64,000 nucleotides of DNA from Lama guanicoe (taxonomy: Eukaryota): assembly GCA_013239625.1 (NCBI GenBank), contig MU056000.1:682001-746000 (forward strand). The letters run 5' to 3'. Shown piece after piece: positions 32,634-43,162 of the stretch. Position 1 is the stretch's first letter; every line of letters starts with the position of its first letter. The translations under genes and the position numbers were made by a program. The notes under the pieces are model-generated. The model did not search any database, had not been told where the DNA came from, and saw nothing but the letters and a program-made list of their open reading frames with translations.

Positions 32634-32990
32634 GGCCGGGAAGAGGAGGGGGTCTGCGCAGAGGAAGGGGCGGGGCCGGGAGGAGGAAGGGGCGGGGTCG
32701 CGGGAGGCCGGCAGCCCCGCCCTTCACCCGCCCTCCGGGTGAGGGTGAGGCCCGGTGTTCGCACAGGTACCACGAGGACTTGTCCCCACCGCTCAGCTGT
32801 CCCGGGCCGCCTCCCCACCCACGCGCCGCGACCCCTCCCAGGCTCAGGGGTCGCGCGAGGGTCGCACCGAGGAGAGGCTCTGTGGTACCTGAGGGAGGGG
32901 ACCATAACGTGGGGTCCCTGAGGGCGGAGTTCTGCGCCCCCTGGGGGGCGGGTCCTTCTGGTTTGTCACTTTATCACGTGGCCGTGACCG
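32634..32990 (-). promoter_or_regulatory. TERT core promoter (TATA-less): GC boxes, ETS cores, one distal E-box
   Basis: GGGGCGGGG boxes at 32667-32675 and 32689-32697, another GC box near 32715-32722, GGAA cores at 32639/32663/32685, CACGTG at 32975-32980; directly upstream of the ATG. Confidence 0.75.
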
Positions 32991-35117
32991 GCCCATGAGG
33001 GATGCTCTGGGGTCCAGCAGGGGCTTTGGAAGGAGCAGGACAGCCGACGTATAGTGATGTGCAAAGAGGAGAACGGATGCCACCGCGCCGGCCAGGCGGG
33101 CGGGACAAACCAAGGGCTCGGGCGCATCCTCGACGGTCAGGCCCGGCCGCGGCGCTGCTCCCAGAGCTCCTCCTGGCGCGGCTGCGGGCAGCGGGCAGCG
33201 GGCAGTGGGCAGCAGCGGCCGACTTGGTCTCCTCCACCCCGGTCTGTAGCTTCTTTTTGAGGATTCTTTGGCTTCTGTGGTCCCCACCTTAAACAGAAAC
33301 CCCCAAATCTATTCCCTTTGAATCACCCAGCCTGTGGGTCAGCCAAAGCAAGGGGAGGCAACAGAGGCACAGGCTCAGTGTCTGGGGGGCACTGCCTGCA
33401 GGCTCCATCCCTGGGGGGCTTTGTCTGCAGGCTCCTGGCACCTGCCCATGGCTCCCTTCACACCAGAGCCCGAGGAGGGTGTGACTGCAGGTCAAGGGCC
33501 TCCCACAGGCTTGCAGCCCCAGGAGGAGCCAGAAGCCCTCGCCTTCCAGCCAGCGGCAGAGACCCTCCCCAGATTCGGGGGGCAGTTTGACTGTCGCATG
33601 CACAAGATGGTTCAGAGCACTCACCTAATGAGCTTTCACCCAAACCCAGAGCTGCAGGATGTTCAGGTTCGAATCCCTCGGAGTCGGGAAACTTGCAAGT
33701 CTCGGGAGGCTCGTGGGGATGAAGCACCTGAGTTTGGCAAACACCGAACTGCTGAAACTTTGGAAATGGTGTTTGATCATGGCCAGAGCATTTACACAGG
33801 CTTCAGCTCTCCCTCCGCTGGGCAGGTTCCCCATTTACCTGCTTGCTCCGGGTCTGCCCGCTGGGCTTGTTAGCAGTCGGGACTAGGGCTGCCTGTCCTG
33901 GAAGTCCACTGGGTGAGCACCGTGAGGTCTCTGAGGCTTGCTTCTTTCTGCCACTCGAGGATTTGGGGTGGCTTTGGGAAATTTGGTCTTTTCCAGCAGC
34001 AAGAAACCGGAGAAACCAGCATGGAAATTCTAATTGTGAAAAAAAAAAGAGAGACAGAACCTTTCACGAGCGTGGCTAATGCTGTGCTGGCGGTGAGGAA
34101 CCTCTTCCAGCTCGACCAGAAATGTCTCACCTTCTGCATCCTCTCTTCACATTACACGTCAGTCAGTCTGTCTCTGGGAAGCTGGCGATGCCTTAAATCG
34201 CTGCATCATAAAACATGGAAATGTTCCCAGGCAACAGTTCCTACTGTTGGCTGATGATGAAATACAGCAAAACCCGACTCTGGAACTTCTGGAAGTCAAC
34301 GGATGGACATCACACTTCACGTCTGAAGTTTCCCAACAGAGTGGATTCTGTGCCAGGAGCCAACTACTGATGTGTGATTGTCACTGAAGGGACTAGCAGG
34401 CCCCCCCAACCAGTGACACACACCCTGACCCTGAGGGGTGTCCAACAGCGTGCACGCAGCGGTTGGACACTGGGCTGCTCTCGGGAGTGGGTGCAGAGCC
34501 TGCTGGCCTGCGGGCCTGCGGGCCTGGAGCTGTCCCCGCCCGGCTGCAGAGACGGCACTGGGCCGCCGTCCCTGGTCGGTGAGGAGCCACAGCAGATGGC
34601 GAAGAGGATGAATGTACCCAAAGGAGGGAGAAAGGAACTCCGCAGACTCCGACTGTTGAGCCTGGCTTGGGGCCTGGCTGGTGTTTAAATTACTGATTAA
34701 GCCGTTGGTTCGAGAGCAGGGCTGTCCTTCGTGGGGCCACATGTTGCTTCTTGTGTTCACTGCCACTGGCCTCGGGGGTGCCCCAGTCCTGCCGGTGCGG
34801 GAGGGCCCCGCGTGTGGGTGGAGACAAGTGCAGTGGGGTGTCTGGCACCCCCGTGCCCACCAGACGGCACCCCTGGTGTGCGGCGCCTGCTCCACCACCT
34901 GGGCACCCTGGGGACATGGCGTCCATGCCTCTGATGTGCAGCCAAGACCCGAGACAGCACCAGGACCCAAGCCAGTCTCAGCTGGTGAGACTGGCTGCCA
35001 ATAGCACAACGCAATGGGACACACGCAAACTTCTGACCACAATGGGGTAAAAGCAAGCAGCCCAACAGTGTCCCCAAGCCCAGCACTGGGGCCTGAGGAC
35101 CAGACACTAGTGGCAGG

Positions 35118-35120
<3 letters not shown>

Positions 35121-35150
<30 letters not shown>
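35121..35150. repeat. (GA)15 microsatellite about 2.5 kb upstream of the TERT ATG
   Basis: Perfect GA dinucleotide run. Confidence 0.95.
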
Positions 35151-35154
<4 letters not shown>

Positions 35155-35189
35155 CCTTGGGCCCTGCCAGGACCCTTCAGGCTCTCTGA

Positions 35190-35370
35190 CTCCAACCTCT
35201 GCTCTGTTGCCACTGCTCCCTCCCTGACCTGACAAGGACCCTCTGACTGACTTAGGGTCCACCTTGCCCAGGATCATCTCCATCTGCAAAGTCCCTTGTG
35301 CCGGGAGGTCATGCTCCCAGGTTCCGGGACCAGGAAGGGGCACCCCGAGGCATTACTCTGACCACGACAC
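35190..35370 (-). mobile_element. MaLR LTR fragment upstream of TERT
   Basis: acaaggaccctctgactgacttagggtccacc..ccaggatcatctccatctgcaaagtccctt..aggtcatgctcccaggttccggga. Confidence 0.55.
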
Positions 35371-35869
35371 TCAGGGCGGCAGAGAGAGTGCAGCTGCTCA
35401 GGGGAAACAGCTCTGCCCTAGGGTCCCTTTCCCAGCGCCCCTGGTGGTTACTCCCGCGTGACTCAGTGGACAGAGCCAGACCCTGGTGCAGCCTGTGGGT
35501 ACAGGTTGATGGCATTCTGTCGCCTGTGTAGGCTGGTGTGACCAGCACTGCCATCAGCATACACAACTGTCCCACCATCTCCGGGAGGCCCTGTGTGGTG
35601 CCCGTCACACCCCCCACCCTGCTGACCAGGAGCCTGCTCTGTGGTGAAACCCTGTCCCTTCAAGACACTTACGAAGGTGGAAAGTACCACAGGTGAGCTC
35701 TGACGCTGGCTTTTCCCCTCGCCATGGCCTGTGCTGCGTGTCGTCGTCTGTCTCTTGGATCTCAGGACAGCATTCTAGGCGTGGGAGTGCAGCTACGTTA
35801 CCCCGTGGCTTCTTGAGGGGCCCCTGGGTCTCTCCCACGTTGGAGCTACGACAGATGCAGCTGCTGGAC

Positions 35870-36130
35870 AGCTGACCGGGAGTTGGTGAGCAGTATTCGT
35901 AATTACGTGACTGTTCCTAACCTGGGGTCCGAGTCCAGGGGTCATGTCCTAGGCACTTGTTCGTCTTCTGTTCTGCAGGGGCTGCGCCAACTTGCATTCC
36001 AACCAGCAACTTAGGAGAGTTCCCGTTTCTCCGAGTCCTCGCCTGCATTTGGTGGTGACACTGATTTTTGCTGCAGGTGCTCTGACAGAGGGGGGTGTAG
36101 ACGAGAGAAACTCGCTGGTCCTGAGAGGCC
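35870..36130 (-). mobile_element. L1 fragment
   Basis: ggctgcgccaacttgcattccaaccagcaacttaggagagttcccgtttctcc is a characteristic antisense L1 3' segment. Confidence 0.6.
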
Positions 36131-37076
36131 TTGACTCCTGCAGGGCCAGAGACGCCCGGGAGGAGGCGCCTGGACACGCATCTGGGCACTGGCTGCCACC
36201 CCAAGACCTGCGCTCGGCTGAGGCGGGACTGGCTCTGAGAAGGGGTAAGTGACCGACGGAAGGGGCACTGGCCTTCACGGTAATCGCTGAGAGACAGGGA
36301 GGCACCGCGCCGCGGCAGGCTTGGGGATCAGCGTTTAGGAAGCATTTTCTGAAGAAGCAAAGGGGTCAGAGGCACTGGACTTCCTCCTGGCACCAGAGGG
36401 CAAGGCAGGCGGCCTGTGGGGAAGGGGACGGAGCGGAGGACACAGAAGCTGCAGGACCACCCGCATGGGAGGGGACGGCTGTCCTGCCAGGCCTGGGGGG
36501 AGGGTGGTCCATTCTGGCTCCCAGGTTTCTGCCTCCAGGGAACCCACTGCCCAGCCGCCACTGTTCCCCGTCCTGGGGGTGCAGAGCAGCCCGTTTTATC
36601 ATCTCCCCGGTTCTGTCGGTCCGGAGACTGGCTGTTCTCCGGGGGCAGAGTCACACGTGGGTGTTTTGTGGTGGTGTGTCACATGTCAAGCTCACTGGAG
36701 CAGTTCTTAATCTTAGCGGTAAGGAGAACCAACACTAAGGAGGGTCTTCGTTTATGCAGAGCTTTACATCCACATGGCTTCCTGCTCAGCAGCCCGCCCG
36801 CCCAGCAGCCCCGGGGAGGAGGTGGGCAGGCGTCCCCGGCTTTTCTTACAGGTGCAGAGGTGGTGGCTTCCTGAAAAGCCCCGATAATTTGGGGGCAGAG
36901 CTGGGACACAGGCCCAGGTTCCCCGAGTGCAGGTCCGGGGTCCCCCATGGCGGCCGGCTGGCACCCGGGAGCTGAAGTCAGCCAGGAGAAGAGGCAGAGG
37001 TTGTGTGTGTGCAGGGGGAGGGGACCGGGGGCTGGGGGACGTGGCTCCACCAGGTCATAGCTGCCAGGGGCGGGGG

Positions 37077-37089
37077 NNNNNNNNNNNNN
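37077..37089. other. Assembly gap (13 N) between G runs
   Basis: N bases. Confidence 0.99.
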
Positions 37090-39099
37090 GGGGGCAGGGG
37101 CAGGGTGGGGGCTGCTCCCAGCAGAACTCATCCTTCCACTTTCTCAGCGGACGAGGCCTTTCATCTCCTCCCCCGGCGGCTTGGCCACTAATCCGTCCTG
37201 ACCCGTTTCCACATCTTTGTGTACTTTCTCCAGCACCTTAAACCACCTTATGAAAACCAATAAAAAGTGCTTAGGACTAAAAATCCCTCCAAACGGGGTA
37301 TTTAGTCCTTGCACTTTGGCAAACACGGTTCAGCTCCTCTCACACGCGTGACTTCCACTTTCTGCACCCCTGAAAGTTATTTGATGAAATTTAAGAAAGC
37401 AGTAAGATAAAATTATCCCGTCGGTTGCTGAACAGTGGAATTTACTTACAGAATTAAGTCGGTTAATCACTCCTGGTCCAGCCACGTCCTGGTTCCCTGG
37501 TGGGCCAGGCACAGGGCGGGGTGCCTCTGTGAGGTCCTCACCAGGTCCCAGAGAAACTCGGGGCAGATCAGCTCCCGGGAGCAAGAGCAAGGTGGGGGTG
37601 GGGGGGAAGAGGCGACAACCACAAAGCCAGGGCTCCCAAGTCTCACTGGGAGGGGAGTGAGCCAGAACTTCTCGCAGACACAGCCCCGCCACTGGTCGGG
37701 ATCAAAGGCAGGCGGAATCCGCCAGTCCGGGTTTCTGCCCCTTCCACTCAGCCGGGAAGCACCAGGACCATCTCGGAAGAGCCCAGGCCAGAGCATCACA
37801 CCACCCAGAGCCTTCTCGCCGCTCCTAGAATAAAATGCAGATTCTTCACCCTGGCTTCCAGAGCGGACGTCACCTGGTCCCGGCCGGTCCCCAGGCTTGC
37901 ACACTTCTGTGAACCGAGGCCTTGGAAGATCTGACGTCAGTTCATGCTCACAGAGCCCTGGGGGCTGGTGCTCCCGACGAGGAATCCTCAACCCTTCAGG
38001 CTTCCAGATGCCTGCAGATCAGTTGTGACGAAATATGAACCCACAATCAAAAGCCTCCAAGAGCGCGGGAGGACGAAGTAGCACGAGTGAGGGCAGACAC
38101 AGATGAGCACCGCAACGGCGGGGCCAGGGCCGCAGGCTCTGCGGCCGCTGAGGGACACCACAGCACGTGCCCAGCTGTCTCCTGGCGGAGGACAGAAGCA
38201 GGGGACAAGGTGTGACCTCAGGGCAGGACCACTGGAACAACCGGGAGGATCGCAAGGGGATCAAATCGAACTTCTAGAACCACAATAAGAAGTTCAGTAA
38301 AATGAACCAAGCACCAACGCAGAGAACATCCACAGTGTGGAAAAGCAGCCCTGACCTCAGCGTGAGGGACAAGGAGACTGGGAACAAGAGGCCAGAGACA
38401 CAACATCGTGGCGAGAAGAGGGCGCGTCTGGGAGAGCCTGGCTGCGACCGTCCTGCGACAGAGCCGCGGACACGCTGCTGAAGGGAGCACGGAGGGGCTG
38501 GCGCGCCGCGGACTTGCCAGCAGCAAGATACTCGGGAAGACGCCGAGACAGCTGCGGGCGCCAGGAGGAGCCTGTCTGCCTGGAGAATGTCAGTAAGGAG
38601 GGTGAAACAAGACGTGCTGACTGCAGAGAACCTGGAGGGGTTTCCAAGCAGCCGCATCTCAAAGGGATGTGCTTCCAGAAGGCAGGTCTGGTGTCAGAAG
38701 CGTGAGCAGGGACAGCAGGTGGGGGGAAGGAAGACCTCACCGTGAGGCTCGGGAAGAAACAAGCTAAGACACTGACGTAACAGCCCCAAAGTTTGGGGGC
38801 GACCGAGCGCAACGTTCCAGGGTTCCCCCCATGACGTCTGACCGACGCGGCCGGGGGGCGGGAAGCCCCCGTCCCAGACTTCCGGAGGGCGCCAGCGCTG
38901 GCGCGTTTCTTCCCTCGGTGCCCGGTGGGCGCACTGCGAAGCCACCTGGCCCTCGAGTTCTCTTGGTGGAAGCTGACCTTTCGGAACAGAGGGCTCTTCA
39001 GTCACCGATTTCTTCTTGTGGGGGCTTTGGTGGCTTGTGTCTCTCAGGGCATTTGTCCTCGTGTCCACACTGTTGGCTGCACTGGCACAAAGTAAGCCA

Positions 39100-40870
39100 A
39101 GATTTTCTCTTGCTGTTCTTTAAATGTGTAGAATCTGGAGTGATGCCTCCTCCCTCAAAACTGGCACCATGACTGTGTTTTCCCTCTTTCTCCTGATCAG
39201 TCTGGCTGGAGGCGTCTTCATTCTATCTGTCTTCTCAAAGAGCCAGGTTTCGAGCTCATTGGCATTCCGTGTCGTCTGTTCTGCCACTGGCTTTTGCTCT
39301 GATACTTATTACATCTTCTGCTGCCTCTGGGTCTCATCCGCTCTCTTGGTTGGAGGCGGCAGCTGCGGGAACTGCGCGTCTGCCGGGCCGCGGACGCCCT
39401 GCGTGCTTCAGCTGTGCTCCGGCCCGCCGCCAGAAACACAGCCTTGGGCGTTTTGTGTTCGTCTTCATTTTCATTCCATTCTCATTCCATTCAGAATACT
39501 TTCTCATTTCCCTTTTGTTTCTTCTTTGATCCATGGTGTATTTCAAGTGTGATACTTAATTTCCAAACACGTGGCCATCTTCCCAGGTCTTTCTGCTGTT
39601 GGGGCTAAAGAACGTAATTTGCATGACTTTAATCATTTTAAATTTACTTAGGCTGCTGTATGGCCCAGAATATCCTTTCCTGATAAATGTGCTATATACT
39701 CTTGAGAAGAATGTGTGTACTTCTGATGGGGGTGGGGTGGCTACAAACAGGTCCCGTGGGACGACCGTGTCTGCTTCCCGTGCTCGGACAGAGAGCACCT
39801 TACACTTGGTGGGTCGCTACTGAGATGGGCGCTGAAACCTCCTCCAGCTGTGGACTCCACTGCCTCTCCCTGCATTTCTAACCAGTTTTGTTCCGTGTGC
39901 TTTACAGCTCTGTTACTAGGCACACAGACATTTAGGCCTGATGGGTCCTTCTGAGGAACCGATGCCTGTGTTTTTATGGAACGACTATTTTGTGGTAATG
40001 TTATTTCTCTGAAACCTACGTTTCCTGATGTTGACATGGTGGATTTCCTCTCAGGCTTTGATTTTTAACCATCTGTGTCCTTGGATCTTGCTTTTTCAAG
40101 TCAGTCTGGCAATCCCTGCCTTTTAATTGCAGTGTTTAAACCATTTACATTTGATGTGATTACTGATATGGCTGGGTTTAAATCTGTGATTTTGCTGCTG
40201 GTTTTCGATTTGCCCCAACTGTTTTCTGCTCCTCTTTCCATATTGTTCTGCCTTCTGCATTGAGTATTTTTGGGAGGGGAGGGGAGGTAATTAGGTGTAT
40301 CTATTTATTAATTTATGTATTTTAATGGAGGTACTGGGGATTGCTAAGCACGTGCTCTGCCACTGAGCTACGCCCTCCCCTCCTGTCCTGAGTAGTGTGT
40401 CTCCTTTACTGACCGTTTTATTCTAGAGGTCGCTGTCGGGTTTATGGTGTGTCTGGAACCTGTCTCGCTCAGCCTGGAATCACATCGCATCTCACACCTG
40501 GTGTGAGAGCCTCCGTGGCCCACCTCCTGCGTCTGTGCTGGCGCTCATATGTGTCCCCCCACACGTTAAGAGCCCCACAAAACATTGTTATTATTTTGGC
40601 TTTAAGTGGTTTGTTACTTTGCAAGATAATGTAAGTGATATGAAAGTCAGTCAGTACTTACTCATGTGGTTACTGCTTCTGGTGCCCTCCGTCCTCTGTG
40701 TAGATCAGATTTCCACCCACCTGGCACCATCCTCTGCTGCTGGAAGACCTCCCTGCAACATTTCTTGTGGAGCAGATTTGCTGTGAATTCTTCCAGCTCT
40801 GGCGTGTCTGTAAAGTCTAATTTTTTAATGTATTTTGAGATGCACTTTCATTTGTGAAGAATTCTAAGTT
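39100..40870 (-). mobile_element. Old L1 ORF2-region fragments in the TERT-CLPTM1L intergenic region
   Basis: T-rich antisense L1-like text (tggcccagaatatcctttcctgataaatgtgctatatactcttgagaagaatgtgtgtacttctg; gtttaaaccatttacatttgatgtgattactgatatggctgggtttaaatctg). Confidence 0.7.
40265..40380 (-). mobile_element. Second vic-1-like SINE with 20-nt internal deletion, inserted in an old L1
   Basis: Same head (tagctcagtggcagagcacgtgcttagca) and body (ccccagtacctccattaaaa..cctaattacctcc) as the 28.3-kb copy. Confidence 0.8.
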
Positions 40871-42674
40871 AGCAGCATCTCTTCTATAACAGGGGTGGTG
40901 TGTGCTGAGGGGTGAAGGCAGGCTCCCACGCTCATTCAGGGCAGCCACCGCTTCAAGTTGGAGGCGCCCACCTGCCCAGGCAGGTGTGGAGCCCTGGCCG
41001 AAATCAGGAGCTGAGCTCCCCCTGGTGTCCTAGTCGACTGCAAGCTTTCCACCTGTCCCCAGTAATCTGTCTCAGAGTAGGAGAGTTAACAGTGTCTAAG
41101 GCCTGTAACAAACAACTTGAGAATGACGTGCTCCTGAAAACCCTGAAGTCATCACAAATGGCCTTCATGTTATGAGGATCAAGGATGCTCCAGGAAAAAA
41201 CCCACCCAGGCAGCACCACGGCCAGTTGGGAGGAACTGGGAGACCCCTGGGGGTCCAGACGGCTGCTCGCTCAGGCCGCGGGCACGGGCACCATGGGCAG
41301 GGGGTGGGCAGGCTTGCACGGGCCGGGGGGGGGGCACTCAGCACAGCCGATTCACCCTTAGGACACTGCAGTGACGAGAGCACGGCCTGACGGCGAATCG
41401 GGAGCCAGAATGCCCAGTCCTGAAGCTGGCAGGGCTTAAGGCCTCATTCTCACACTCTGCCTAAATATTTAAAGTCCTGCTTATCTTAAAAAATAAGATA
41501 AACATGCAATTACAGCTTTTAGAAAGAACAACCTGTGACTTTCTATCAACTAAACATGTCTTAAAAGAACGTGACTTCAGCAGCCAGCCGACAAGGCGGC
41601 CCACGGGCAACAGGATCTGCAGCCTGGGGGCCCCAAGACCCAGGGCTCAGGCCTCTTGGCGACGACTGAGCGGCCGAGGAGCGGGACGTGCACCCCGCTG
41701 ACTGCCCGCAGGGCTCCCCCACCACCGCGTCCGGAAACCCGGCACTTGGGCCCGCCGTCAGGTCCACAGCACTGCTTGTGACGACCTTTATGCCCGCTGG
41801 AACAAAGGCAGGTGCCTCGGCAGAAACAACAGCCCCCCCGACAGCGTCTCCCTCTGAATCTGAAGCGAGAGGGCCGAGGGCCGGCCGCGCGGCTTCCAAG
41901 GCACAGCTGAGCTTCGCCGGACGCCACCTTTACGGAGCTGGGCCACAGGCCTGAGCGCCACTGTGTGTGGCTCGTGCCGGAGCCCCTGGGCACGGGCTTC
42001 CATCCGCCACGAGTCGCATCAGTGCCCCACGGATCTCAGAGAAGCCCCCAGCCCCAAATAAAACGAGCGACTGAAAACCCGTGGGCGTGGGGAGGGCGGG
42101 ACCCCGTGGCAACCTGACCCTCAGCGAGTGCCCTCCACGTGGCCTGGCTGGAGGATCCGACTGTGGGGCCCTGCCTGGAAGACCCCAGACGTTCCTCTCA
42201 AGTGGAGCGAGGCCACTGGGCTCTGCTGGCCGCTGCTGACCCCTCGGTCGGTTCTGTGTGGGGACATGTGGAGGGGCACATGGTCCTGACCACAAGGGCC
42301 ACCTCCAGCGGCCACCACCTCAGCCACACATGCCGGGGCAGGGCCACTGATGGCCTTCTGAGACCACAGCCCGCCAGGGTGACCTCAGGATGACGGAGAC
42401 TGGATTGCCTGCTCTTCTCCCGCCGTGCTACCCTAGAGCATTTCTCTACCGAGAGCCCCGGTCCATCTGACTCCTCACGAGTGCGATGATGCAACAGCAG
42501 GCGTGATTGCTTAAGAGCAGCCACGACCTGAAGGCTTGGAGTCAGTCTTTAAATCTGCACCTTCTCACAGGCGTACGTCGTGTGCTCACTTCCAGGAGTG
42601 CGGTGAACCCACGCATGCATCTGAAACAGCTTCCACGCGGTGCCAGGCTGGCACAAATGTGACAGCCAGAGAAA

Positions 42675-42680
42675 TTTATT
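42675..42680 (-). terminator. CLPTM1L polyadenylation signal AATAAA
   Basis: Canonical AATAAA on the minus strand about 410 nt after the stop, preceded by a U-rich/UGUA-containing stretch. Confidence 0.8.
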
Positions 42681-43089
42681 TTAAAATAGAAACATACATA
42701 CATTAAGCTTTAAAACAACCAAATTTTAAACAAAAAGGAAAAAAGCCTTTGACCCCAGAGTCTACACGGAATGGATTTAAAGAGGCGTTTGACGTTCCTT
42801 CCGGGAGCACTCACGGACGGCGTGAGACTGAATCCGTGCCTCCCTGCGCGGCGTCTGCGGGCGGGCGGGCGGCATACGTGGCAGTGACGGCGCCGCCCCC
42901 GCAGACACTGGGTGCGCCCATGGTGACAGGCGACGCGTTGCACGCTGGGGGCGTCCTAAGTGCTGCCCGCATGTCCCAGACACGACGTGAGGGCCTTCGG
43001 AGACTTTGGCAACGCAGAAGAGGGGGCGTCCAGGAGTCCCACCAAGAGCGTCCGGACGCGCGGCCGGCACCCAGGCCTGCTGCGCGCAG

Positions 43090-43162
43090 CTAGTCCGTGC
43101 GGGGCTTCTCCTCGTAGGACTCGCCGAACTCGTTCACTCTGCTCTTATCCACAGGATAAAGC
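43090..43162 (-). CDS. CLPTM1L: CLPTM1L exon 17 coding part (73 nt)
   Basis: [23 protein letters not shown]; TAG at 43092..43090. Confidence 0.93.

Larger units (their letters stand above)
31380..33240. other. CpG island over TERT promoter, exon 1 and 5' part of exon 2
   Basis: Visibly very high GC and CpG density; boundaries approximate. Confidence 0.8.

Noticed and set aside
31782-32921. 379-aa antisense ORF over TERT exons 1-2 and promoter
   Set aside because: Shadow ORF of a CpG-island coding region; nothing in the sequence supports translation
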